In this document: piece by piece, positions 36,201 to 47,752 of the stretch
How positions within the stretch are numbered: position 1 is the stretch's first letter
Layout: the number at the start of each line of letters is the position of its first letter
Assembly: GCA_009602735.1 (NCBI GenBank)
Contig: WELA01002297.1
Location: 409,961 to 473,960 of the forward strand
DNA length: 64,000 nt
From: Mesotaenium endlicherianum
Taxonomy: Eukaryota
Direction of reading: 5' to 3'
Notes under the pieces: generated by a model
The model's input: only the letters and a program-made list of their open reading frames with translations
Database searches by the model: none
What the model was told of the DNA's origin: nothing
Made by a program: the position numbers and the translations under genes

Positions 36201-36827
36201 TTGTTGGAGAAGGCCAAGGAGACTCATGTTCCTACTACACAAGCTTTTATGGAGCAGATGGCCAAGACTTGTGATATGGCGAAGACGTGTATTCGGAAAG
36301 CACAGGAAGAGCAGGTCAAGCATGCTAACAAGCACAGGAGGGAAGTGACATTCCATGTGGGCGACAAAGAACTCTTGTCCACAGAGAACCTACTCTTCAC
36401 AGGCAAGAGGAAACTGCGGGCACGATTTACAGGTCCCTTTGTAGTGCTCAAGCAGGTGAATCCAGTGGCCTACAAATTGGAGCTTCCTTCAGGCTGGCGT
36501 ATCCATGATGTGTTCCATGTCAGTTGTGCGCGGCCATACGTTGACCCGAATGAAGAACATCCAAGACGACTACCTAAACCACCACCACCGGTCGAGATCG
36601 ATGATGTATTGGAGTATGAAGTGGAGGCGATTGTCGGCGATCGACGAGTCAAGCGAGGTCAACGATTTGTCCAAGAGTATCTGGTCAAGTGGAAAGGCTA
36701 CCATGCGCACGACAACACTTGGGAGCCAGAGGCCAACTTGACTCATTGTAAGAGTAAGTTGAGACGTTATCTGCAGAATGCGTCGAGGACGTCGCATCTT
36801 CAGGAGGGGGATGATGTAAGGTCATAG
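33220..36827 (+). pseudogene. pol: Family B pol (PR, RT, RH, INT, chromodomain), several frameshifts; frame runs into 3' LTR
   Basis: [48 protein letters not shown]...YLVKWKGYHAHDNTWEP. Confidence 0.95.
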
Positions 36828-39159
36828 GTTTATAAAGTGCAATTTTGAGTTTCATGAAAGTATGTATTGATTGTATAGTAGTATAGAGTGCATTTTGGTG
36901 ATCATTTTGATATAAAGTTCATCGAATTTGGTCCAGTATTAAGAGAGTTATGGATTTTTGAAGTTTAATTAGTTTTGAGGTCGGTTGACGACTGTCCTTA
37001 ATTTGCGGTGAGAACGACCGTCGGATTGACCATCAGCGTCGAGCGATCTGGCCCGTTAGAATGAAGTCGAACCTTCACGTAAGTTCGGCTGACGCGGAGT
37101 GCCGACTAGGTCGATTTACCTAGAAGTTTTGGTTTGGCCTAGCGCGTCTAAGATAGAATATCTAGTAATATCGATGCATGTATGTGGATATCAATTCGGC
37201 CCGACACGTCAGAGTAGACTGATCTGGCTTACTCACGAATATTCTGGAAGTGACGATTTGACGTACACTTAGGAATATCCGTAGCATCCTCCTAGGGAGG
37301 AGCACTTAGGCAAAATATTATAAATAGGCATAACTTCTTTGTTTCTTATCAGTTTTCACTTCTGTAAATTTCTACGGGTTTGTAATGACAAGACCTTTTA
37401 TCCTACATCATTTGTGAGCAGTTTCTTGCTACTCAAAATGTTGAGTATTTTTCCTAATATGCCGCTGCACTCTTTGATATGATTGCAACTTGTTCCTTTC
37501 CTCGTGAGTTACTACGCTTCCACTAGGGCACTCTGCCCCTTTCAACTTGATGTTGGGGACTGTTGCTAGTATGCAAGAACAAAACGGTCATGTTTCATGG
37601 GTGGCCACTCTTGATTTTGCTGTACCTCTCCAGACGTCTGTCGACGATCGGCCTGGTGATGCGGGCCAACCCGATTGGGATAGCATGCATACCTCGGAAC
37701 CACTTGACCTGCATCAATTGTTTTCGAGGGCTATCTCAAAGATCTGTTTTTCCTAGATCTCCAGGGTACTGGCTTGAACGGTGTAGCCGTAACGATGAAC
37801 AGTATGGACAAAAGGAAAGACCACTCAAACTATTCATTTGAGGATGGTTTGAGGTGGCACAATGGGCGCATTGCTGTCCCAGAAGGCCGAGTAAGACATG
37901 TGCTACTACGAGAAGCGCATGACTCTCCTTACTGTGGTCACCATGGAATTACCAAAACCACACACGCTTTGTGCAGAGGGTACATTTGGCCGTCCCTTAA
38001 GGTTGATGTCGGCGAGTACACTGTCAACTGCGCAACATGTCAGAGGAGTAAGCTGAGCAATTCATTGCCCGCTGAGAAGTTGCAGCTATTGGAAGTTGCG
38101 GGTGTGCCTTGGAAATGCATAAGCCTCGACTTTGTCGTGGAACTGCCTACTACTGATAGAGGACACAATGGGGTGTTAACGATCATGGATCGTTTCACTA
38201 AGATCGTGCACTTTGTGGCCACTGAACCATCACTTGATGCAGTCGAGACAGCGCGTCTTTTTGTGGACCATGTGTTCAAGTTGCATGGTATGCCAAAAGA
38301 GATCGTATGCGATCGTGATAGTAGATTTACGAGTCACTTCTGGCAAGAAGTTTGCTCGCAGTTCAGCAAAAACCTTAAGATGTCAACAAGCTTCCATCCT
38401 CAGATCGGTGGTCAGACCGAACGCTTGAATCGCGTTTTGCAACAATTTCTTAGGCATTATGTGAATCCTCGCCAAGACAACTGGGACACCCTCCTTTCAG
38501 TTGCAGAGTTTGCAGTAAATAATGCTTATTCGAAAAGTGTTAAGAAAACTCCATTTTTCCTTAACTATAGAAGACATCCGCACACTCCACTCATGCGTAT
38601 AGTTCTCGGAGAGGCGGGGATATTAACCATGAGAGTAGCAAGTGTTTGCCTCTTTGTCCACTCTCTTCAAGAGGTGCACAAACAAGCAGAGTTGGCTCTA
38701 GCCGCCGCTCGAGATCGACATAAACAATTTGCTGATACACACAGGATTGAGTTGAATTTTCAAGTTGGCAATTAAGTACATTTGCAAACAACAAACCTGC
38801 AACTCAAGCACCCAGGAAAGCGAAAGCTTCTGCCTCGTTCGGTAGGCCCTTTTATCGTGGCTGCAGAGGTTGGACCTGTTGCATACCGACTGGATGTGCC
38901 TAAATCCATGGGGCGAACGCATCTTGTGTTCTATGTCAGTTTACTTAAGCTATTTCACTCTGATGGCCGCTATCAGCCACAGGCACCGAAATTGGAACTC
39001 GCCGATGATGATAAAGCCTGGGATGCAGAGGAAGTCTTAGGACACCGCTATACCCGTCATAAGCCTCCACGAGTGGAGCTCTTGATCAAGTGGCTTAAAT
39101 ACAATTTCAGTTGGAATTTGTACGAACCTCAGAACAAATTAATTATGGAAAGTTACTCT

Positions 39160-39502
39160 GCATCCAGGCGGATTTGAACCCGTGAGTCCTCGTTTGAAAC
39201 GTTCACACCTAAACGATTGGCAAAGTAATTTTTACAAACTACGTGGTCATGACGAAACGACGTGTACGCGACTATTCGCGACTACGCGACCGGTCACGTC
39301 TATTCAAGGAAACTCATAGAAGTGACTACAAGCAATCACGTCTATTCAAAGAGTCGAATAGATGTGACTACGCCAATTCGACGCGAAATGATTTGACGCG
39401 ATTTGTCGAAAGTCTCAAAATTTCCACACGGCGTGATTTTGTGCATTCGGTCAAAATGGTCACATCCATTTGACCGTTTTCATTGACATGACCAGTGCCC
39501 TA
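39160..39502. mobile_element. Possible terminus of another DNA transposon
   Basis: Clustered CACGTCTATTC and GACTA motifs, short palindromes, ends ...CCAGTGCCCTA (TAGGG-type end). Partner not found. Confidence 0.3.
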
Positions 39503-39737
39503 GGTGGTGACTCAAAGCACTTGATGCCTCACATTATGTGAGTATAAATACCCACAAGAGTCATTGTGAATGCAACTCTCACAAGCACAAGCACTACTTT
39601 TTCTCTCTCCCATTCTTTCTCAAAAGTTAGACAAGTATACCAAGTAGAGATATTTTCCTATCGCCGTTATTAAAGTTTTCTTGAATACCAAGCAAAAGAT
39701 TCTCAAAACAAGACCGTTTTAGTCGAAAACGTTGCAT

Positions 39738-40512
39738 TGGAAGCCGGAGGCCAACTTGACTCATTGTAAAAGTAAGTTGAGACGTTATCCGCAAAATGCG
39801 TCCAGGACGTTGCATCTTGAGGAGGGAGATGATGTAAGGTCATATAATTTTAGAAAGTATTTTTGTGGTCGTTCTGATATAAAACTCGTCAAATTTGGAT
39901 AAGTATTGAGAAAATAATGTATAATGAAGTTTTAATAGTTTTAGGGGTTGGTCGACGACTGTCCTTAATTTGCGGTGTGCGTGACAGCGTCGAGCAATCT
40001 CGGCTGTTAGAGTGAATTCGAACCTTCACGTAATTTTGGTTGACGCGGAGTGCTGACCAGGTCGATTTACCTAGAAGTTTCGGATAAGCCTAGCGCGTCC
40101 AAGTTAGTACATTCTAGATATTTTGATGCATGCATGTGGACGTCAAATCGGCCTGATACCTCGGATGAGGTTGATCTGGCCTACTCAAAAATATTATGAA
40201 AGGGACAATTTGACGCGCACTCAGCAATTTCGTTGCTAAGCGGCCCTCCCTTTATGGGGCGAGCGGTCGTCGTAGAAAACTATAAGTAGGCATAACTTCT
40301 TTGCATCAATTTTCACTTGTGTAAATTTCTACGCGTTTATCACAACAAGGCCTTTCATCCTATTTTACTTTTGAGCACTTTCTTGCTACTTAATGATGAG
40401 TTATTTTCCAAGGTTTTCTTAGGAATATGCCGTTGCACTCTAGAGTAAAATTGCAACTAGTTTGGTTCTTTGCGAGTCACTACGTTTCCACTAGGGCACT
40501 CCGCCCCTTTCA
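39738..40512 (+). mobile_element. Family B 3' fragment with LTR (39833-40512)
   Basis: Chromodomain tail, PPT GAGGAGGGAGATGA, LTR TGTAAGG...CCCCTTTCA. Confidence 0.9.
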
Positions 40513-42244
40513 TGCGCCCCCCACAATAAACACCTGAATTTTTCGATTCCTCTGGCCAAAATTGGAGCTATGATGAAGATCGACTATTGTAAAAATCTCA
40601 TCCTGATTCTGTTTTTTACTCTATATCATTAAAAAGATATTTCATACATCAACCTCCACGCCGTCAATTTTGTCGTCTTAATAATCTACCTTAAAACCTA
40701 ACGTGCTTGTTCACAAGAATTTGCTTGTGGTCAACTTTGGAATGGTGTGTGGTTGAGGCGCGAAGCCGTCTTCTTGGTTCCATCAAATTTTCTACTAACT
40801 ACATTGAAAAGACCCATAATCAACATCTACATTAAGACGATCGCATCACAACGACACACTCTCGAGCTTATACGTCAGTATCTGCCGATACAAACGCATA
40901 CTCACTTGCGTGGCATGCGGGAAGGCCCAAAAAGATGGATTTGTTGTCCTTGATTGTGAATGGCATTCAAGTTGTGATGTAGTATTTACCTTAATCTTAA
41001 AATGGAGAGGAATAATCCATATTTAAACACTGTCGTAAAGACGCACGAGGGACATGTTCTTGTGATAACGCCCAAAAGGTGCGGTGAATCTTGTGAGTGA
41101 TATATACGTGGCTACATGTGTCGTCAAAATGCTTTCAGCCGGTTCGTGAAGAAATCTTTGCCTGTACAAAACTTTACAGAATCTGTGAGCTGCTGGCCTG
41201 CTCCGTTCAGCTTTGTCAGATCAAAATGACTCCTAAATGTATTCCTACGAGAGTCGATTCCGAACACGTGAGTTTGTGTTTAGGTTGCGAGAGATTTGGT
41301 TCTTAGAAGCGACTAACAAATCACGTCAACTCTTGGGAGATCAAGTCCTTGACGCCCAAGTCAATCGAAAGATTTTAGAGTGTAACCTCCACTTTATGAG
41401 ACGCTGGACATGATTGAACCCAATCAAACCTTTTGCACTCCTTGCTTCACCCTATAAATTGCACTCAATTGCACGAAGAATAAGTTTTTTGCCTGTAATT
41501 GCGCGACGTCAAAGACAATTGTGTTGCAGCAAATTAGGCCGGTTGCAGTGCGTTGCCCCTGTTCGCGCCTGAGAGGCCAAGAACCACAAATCGGTGCTTG
41601 ATACTCATGCTCAAGGAGAAACCAAAACTTTGTGAGGTGGCGACGACTTGCCCTTCACAAAGCAACTCCAAACAACCACATTGCCGAGTGACAAGTGAAA
41701 CGTCAAATCGCGTTGATGGCGTTCGTCAGCATTGGACATATTAAAAATTGCATTAGAGAGAGGTACAACCACCGCTGCCACTCACAGAGAGCACACGTAA
41801 AAGAAAAAAGGAGGACACAACTCGCTTCGATCGGCAGCACGCCCTCTTTTGCTCTCCCACCTTCTCCTCTGCACTCCTTGTCCTTGCTCACCCAGTCAAG
41901 CCTTGGCACGTACTCAATTTTGCCCAATTGCATCCCCCAGACCTCCTAACTTTGTTTTTAAGTTCCTATTTTCAAAAAAATGCACACTCTTTGTCAGAGC
42001 GCTCACCTTCGCAACCTTGTCAACACGCCTACTGAACAACTCTGGAGGCAAATTGAAGCAAAGCCGTGCCACGATCGGCCATGGCCACTCACTTTTGTCA
42101 TGCCGAGTTCATGTTTGACAAGAAGTGAGGTAAGGCCATGGTGTTGGCCTAGTTAAAGCAAGTCAAACCCTCTCGCCCATTTGACATTCCTTGCTTTGCC
42201 ATGTAAGTCGCATTCAATTGCAGAACACATAGCTGGTGTAATAT

Positions 42245-42710
42245 TCCGCCGCGTGGCTCGATGCGGCACGTGCGACACGTCGCGGATGCGACCAAAAGTG
42301 TTGCTTTGAATCGTATAAGTATAATTGGCGCGCGATCAAAGTACCTCAAATTACCTTTTTGTTTGTATCGCTACATTGGTATTGGAGCGCAAACGTATGC
42401 AATCGTGTCCAGGAGACAAGGGTTCAAATCCCGTGGGGTGCAAAACTCGTCGATGGTACAATTGTACGGCGATCTTTGGATTGTACAAAGAAAGGACACT
42501 ATCCCAAAACAACGTCCCTCGCGTCGCCGAGGCCAAAATGCTTGGGACGTGCACATTAGTAGGTGCGAGGAGTGTAACGATCCGCCTCGTGGCCGGATGC
42601 GACGCATGCGACACGTCGCGGATGCAACCGGAGCTGTCAGTTTGAATTGTATAAGTGCAATTGGCGCCCATCAAAGAACCTCAAGTTACCTTTTTGTTTG
42701 TGTTGCTACA
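42245..42710. repeat. Diverged ~130-bp direct repeat pair (42245-42375 and 42580-42710)
   Basis: Shared TGCGACACGTCGCGGATGC and TTACCTTTTTGTTTGT. Confidence 0.75.
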
Positions 42711-42949
42711 GCTGCAATTACATTTCAGCATTCAGTAACGAGAAGTCGTATACGATCACGCTACAGCAAATTAGGAAAATTATATTGCATCGTCCCCGTT
42801 TGCACCTAAGGGGGCCCAAGACCACAAGCCACTGTAGGCTACTGGATCAATATTGAGGGGACCGACAATTTCCCCCCACAAAGTCGCCCTAAACGATCGT
42901 AATAAATGAGTCGTCGAAACAGCGCGACCAGTTTTGACACAACAACTTT

Positions 42950-44120
42950 CTCCCCTTCCACCCCTTTCCACCACCCCTCATGCCTCTCCTTCCGACCCTC
43001 TTCTCCCTCTTGCGCTCTTAACGAGCATGTGGCCATGGCTACCCCATAGCTCCTGCTCTAACCCTCCTTGCCCTACAAAACCAACTAATGACCGAGAGCG
43101 CCCTCTCCTATGCCCCCGTCACGAGCTACCTTGCGTCCAAGGGAGGTGAAAAAAAGCCCCAAGAGCGCACTTCCTTAGCAAAGAGATCCGCGAGACAAAG
43201 ACCTGAGTCATCGAAAAGGTATGTTCTACGACGCTTGACAACTTGCGGGGCGCAAGAGACAAGCGTAGTCCAAAGTAAACGCCTTTGTGTCGATCCACGT
43301 CGGACGCGTAACATTTGGTACGGATACGTGATGCAAATTCAACCAAACATGCAGACCAGAGCTCTCCCAAGCAAACAACCCTATTGATTTTTCCCTCATA
43401 ACCTTTACGTGAGGTACGCCTTGCTGAAACCAACAAAATATTGCACATATGCGATCAAGATAGGATACCGACAACATTTTCCCAACAAACTCATTTCAAA
43501 CAATTGCGATGAACGAGTCGTCGTAACAGTACGACTAATACCGACGCTTGCTGATGATGCAACGATTTATTCCTCCTTGTCCACAATCTCTCATGACCTC
43601 GCATCATAGCTACCCTTCACACCCCTTCCCACCCACTCTCTTTCACGGCCTCTTAACAAGCATAGCCGCTTGCCACAGCAAGCGGCTGCATGGCTGCCCA
43701 CTAGCATACGCTCCCAACCCTATGACCGCATAAACTCATCCAACAACTGAGAGCATCCTCTCCCCGCCCTTGACACCACCTACCTCGCAGCCCACTTGAG
43801 GTGAAGCCTTGCCATTGCCGCTCACAAAGCACCCAAAAGGTGCACTTAGCAAAGAGGATCCGCAAGGAAGAGACCTAATTTGTGGAGAGGGTAAATTTTA
43901 TGGCGGTCGCCAAAGTGCGGGCTGCAAAAAACAAGCATAGTCAATATCGATCGCTTTTGCGGCGATCGAGGTCGGACGCGTACATATATTTGTTTGGCCT
44001 ACGAAAATAAAAATTGACATATAGAGGGACCAAAGCTTGAACAAACGATGCTTATTGATTTGTTCCTCACAAGTGTTATGTAAGGGACGCCTTACTGAAG
44101 CCTAAAATTGATACATACTG
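42950..44120. repeat. Diverged ~500-bp direct repeat pair (period ~670 bp)
   Basis: Shared anchors TCTTAAC.AGCAT, CTTAGCAAAGAG, GTCGGACGCGTA, TATTGATTT, ACGCCTT.CTGAA. Confidence 0.7.
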
Positions 44121-45224
44121 CATTTGTGCGTTCACGGGGCTCACAAGCATAACAAAGGTGAACAAAGATGCGCTGATGCAAAACTTACTAATGGGAAAAC
44201 AACCGACAACTCTGGCGTATTTACAAACCGAATTGGCAAGAGAGTGAATTTATCTACGGGCGGCGGGCGGCTACAATTATCTCCTCAAAAGGTCGCTTCG
44301 CACAAAAACAATAAGTGAAGAGTTGAAACAATTTGACTACTTGTCGACACTCATCGTCAAAGGAGCGACTTTTTCCCTCATTTTCATCAATAGTAGGGAC
44401 AGCGACGGCGACCAAGGAGAAGGCCATGACTTTGAGATACAGCGACACTCCAGCCGGCGACACCTTTGTCCCGCTAGCGCTGGAGATTTCTTGGTCATTA
44501 GGCACGGCGTTCCACAGCTTCCTTAACCTTTGCGCTGAGCGCACTGTCTCTCACAATTTCAGCGTCTCTAGTGACGATATCGGTTAGAGAGACTTGGTCA
44601 ACGAGAGTACCTCCAGCTAATCGGTTGTAGTCTACAGAGTGCTCAAGCTACTACCACGTACGGACGCGCAGCTAGCGCCCTATCTAGGGCTGTGTGTTGA
44701 CCCCCAATCCCTCTTGTTACATTTTGCCTTAGCAATTTTTGGTCGCAATTTTCGAAGATGAGTATGAACTTTCATGTTATTTCGGAGCTTGCTCCAATTA
44801 TTGATACATACCCCTTCTTATTCTTATTTTTTTAAACGAGGGTTGTTGTGCCCAACAGCGTTGGGTCCTGGGCACCTGCGTGGCTTCTCAGCACATGTGC
44901 CGTCGACCTGATTGACAAGTCGCTGGTCCTTTGTGCGTGCGAGTTGTCCATAGTTGATTGGTCGGTGCATCGCTGCACGTGGAAAGTTAACCTGGTCAAT
45001 TGACCTTCGCATGTCTGTCGGTGGCAAGCTAGCTGTGGTTGACCCATTTTTGGTCTTCCTGTATTTCCATCATTTAATGAGGGAATTCAACGCTTAGTGT
45101 TTCCACACCGAGCTGGTTCTCTGTCTTTCCTGTTTCAGTATTTAATAAACTTTTAAAAAGTTTCTTATATTCCAATTTTCCTGACAAGTAAGACAGAAGC
45201 GTCTTACTTCCAAATAGGCTTTTG

Positions 45225-45975
45225 TGTAAGGTCATAGGTTTATATAGTGCATTTTTAATTTACTTGAAAGTATGTTTTATCTGCATAGAAATGTAGAGTG
45301 CATTTTTGTGGTCATGTTGATATAAAGTTCATCAAATTTAGTTTAGTGTTGAGAAAGTTATGAATGTCTGAAGTTTAATTAGTTTAAAGGATGGTCGACG
45401 ACTGTCCTCAATTCGCGGTGAACGCGATCGTCGGATTGACCGACAGCGTCGAGCCATTTAAGCTGTTGGAGTAAATCCAAACCTTCACGTAATTTTGGCT
45501 GACGCGGAGTGCCAACCAGGTCAAATTATTTAGAAGTTTCGGATTAGCCTATCGCGTCTAACTTAGTATATTCTAGATGCTTCGATGCATGCATGTGAAC
45601 GGCAAATGGACACGACACGTCGGATGAGGCTGATCTGGCCTTCTCACAAATATTTTGGGAGGAACAATTTGAAAAACACTTCAAGAAATTCCGTAGCTAA
45701 CGGCCCTTCCTCCTAGGGGCGAGCGGTCGTCGTAGAAAATTATACATACGCGCAACTTCTTTGTTTCTCATCAGTTTACTTCTGTAAATATTTGCGGGTT
45801 TGTAATGACAAGGCTTTAATCCTAGTCCATTTGTGAGCACTTTCTTGCTAATCAAAATGTCGAATAATTTTCCAAGGCTTTTCTAGTAATATGCCGTTGC
45901 ACTCTAGAGTATGATTACAACTAGCTTTGTTCCTCGTGAGTCGCTACGCTTCTATTTGGCCACTCTGCCCTTTCC
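45225..45975 (+). mobile_element. Family B solo LTR with TSD TTTTG
   Basis: TGTAAGGTCATAGG...CACTCTGCCCTTTCC flanked by TTTTG at 45220-45224 and 45976-45980. Confidence 0.9.
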
Positions 45976-47752
45976 TTTTGCCCAAGTTGAGGGTTCGCAC
46001 AAGTGAACAAATACGTGATTCGCAAAAATCACGTCTTAGCAAATTAACACACAACACCAAGTTCAGAGAGAATCGCCCACTAAGGCTTTTGCTTAACTTT
46101 CACAAAGTCGCAGCTTACAAAACTATGAAACCATGGCATCTATGCTGGCCTGGTTTGAGTTCTTCAATCAACACGGCGCCTTAGCAATTTACACTGCCGG
46201 TTAGGCTCATTTAGTTCTTCAATGAGAACTTTACTTGTTAATCTTGCTCTTGCTGTCAACAATTTCAGTTGAGACTTATGAGAACCTGGAAATCAACACA
46301 ACACTCGCCATTTTATCTGCTCTTCGAATGCTTGTGGTTTTTGGCTCAGATCTGCGCTAGACTCCTAGCAGATTCTATTCTGCAAGCTTTCTAGTTTCTT
46401 CTTGGGAACTCCTCAGCTCTAAGCTTTCTATGATACAACGAGACGGAAATCTTCAAACGTCGGCAGAAACGTGGCTTCTCGGCTAACCTGTGGCCTTCTC
46501 CTTTGCGCTCCTTCTTCTCCTTCACTTTTGCTCTTGCGCTCCTTTCTGCTTCTTGTCAAAATGTGAGGGCAAGAATGAGGCAAGTCTGTGCAAGGCTGGC
46601 GCCTTACACAAGCACCACAAACGCCATTCTCTCTCAAGAATTTCAGCGCTTAGTCACCGCGCTTGGCTTGCATGTCGCTCTTGCTTTGCTCCTCGTACTG
46701 ATCTACCTTAGTAATCGTCACTTAGCATGCATGCACACCTCGCAACTATCGCGCGTGACTGCTTGGCTTCTCAGCCAGCGGTCACGCCAATGTGGCCTGG
46801 GAGCTTGTGACACTCGAGGTGGACGCCTAAGTTGTGGCCGTCACTCAAGAGGTCCCAGCTGAGATGGCTCACACATGCACAGCTTATTGGCTTCGCCAAA
46901 TTAGCTGTCCAGTCCAGTCAGTGTTGCCTTACTGGGCACCTGCTGACATAGACCATTCGTTGGTCCCAGCTTAATCAGCTTTCCAGCTGACTAGTCGGTC
47001 AAACCCCACCATTGCTGAGTGTCGATTTGACCGGTCATAGTCACTCTGTCGTGTGACTTGGACTTTGACTTTAGTGTTGACTTTGTAAAAGTTAGTCTTT
47101 TGGTAGGTGAGTAAATGCTTACTTTCCGTACCTGGGCGATCGTGACTTGCGCTGCGCGTGCGGCACCTTCAGCGGATTGCAGTCGCGAAAGGGTTGAGTT
47201 TGGTTGAGTAGGTTCCCATACTTCCTATCACATCTGGAATAAATTTCGACTTTCGTTCCCCGAACATTTGAATTTCAAAAGTAGTCTTTAAACCCCACCA
47301 ATAAGTGGTTTTTTTTAGATAGATGGATTTGTTGATACTGGTTGATAAAAGGTCGGACGTTTCGTTTCTAAAAATATGGACCTCGTTTTCGGTTTGGCCA
47401 CTGCAAACTTGGCCCCTTGATTGTAAGCCAAGAAGCCGGTAAACCCATACCAAGCGCCAGCCACAGAAATTAAAGCAACCACAGCCATGTTGCTGTGGAC
47501 ACACGACATTGTACGGTATCGTAAAAATATCACTGGTCCGTGCATTTCGACTGCTTACTACGCGCTCCAGTGTACATGAGCTTTCTGCCTAGCTCTACTC
47601 GCCTTCACAACGGAGCAGGAAGGTGCCACTTTTGGTTCACTTGAGAGATCATTAAGAATCACCACTAGTACTTGGTAATTCGTCCTGCTGTACTTGTAAT
47701 AAGACGTGGTTGCCCAAGGTGGCATTGTAGCTAAGTGCATCCACCCTGGCTC

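Larger units (their letters stand above)
31427..37544 (+). mobile_element. Complete family B chromovirus with 5-bp TSD ACTTG
   Basis: LTRs 31427-32170 and 36815-37544; PBS TGGTATCCGAGC 32173-32184; PPT AGGAGGGGGATGA; ACTTG at 31422-31426 and 37545-37549. Confidence 0.96.
30915..39150 (+). pseudogene. Family C Gypsy pol remnant (RNase H 30915-31426; integrase and chromodomain 37550-39150), split by the family B insertion
   Basis: AAPLTALTRKD; YEVVSNASDYGIGAVL; EAHDSPYCGH; ISLDFVVELP; HPQIGGQTERLN; ELLIKW. Confidence 0.88.
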
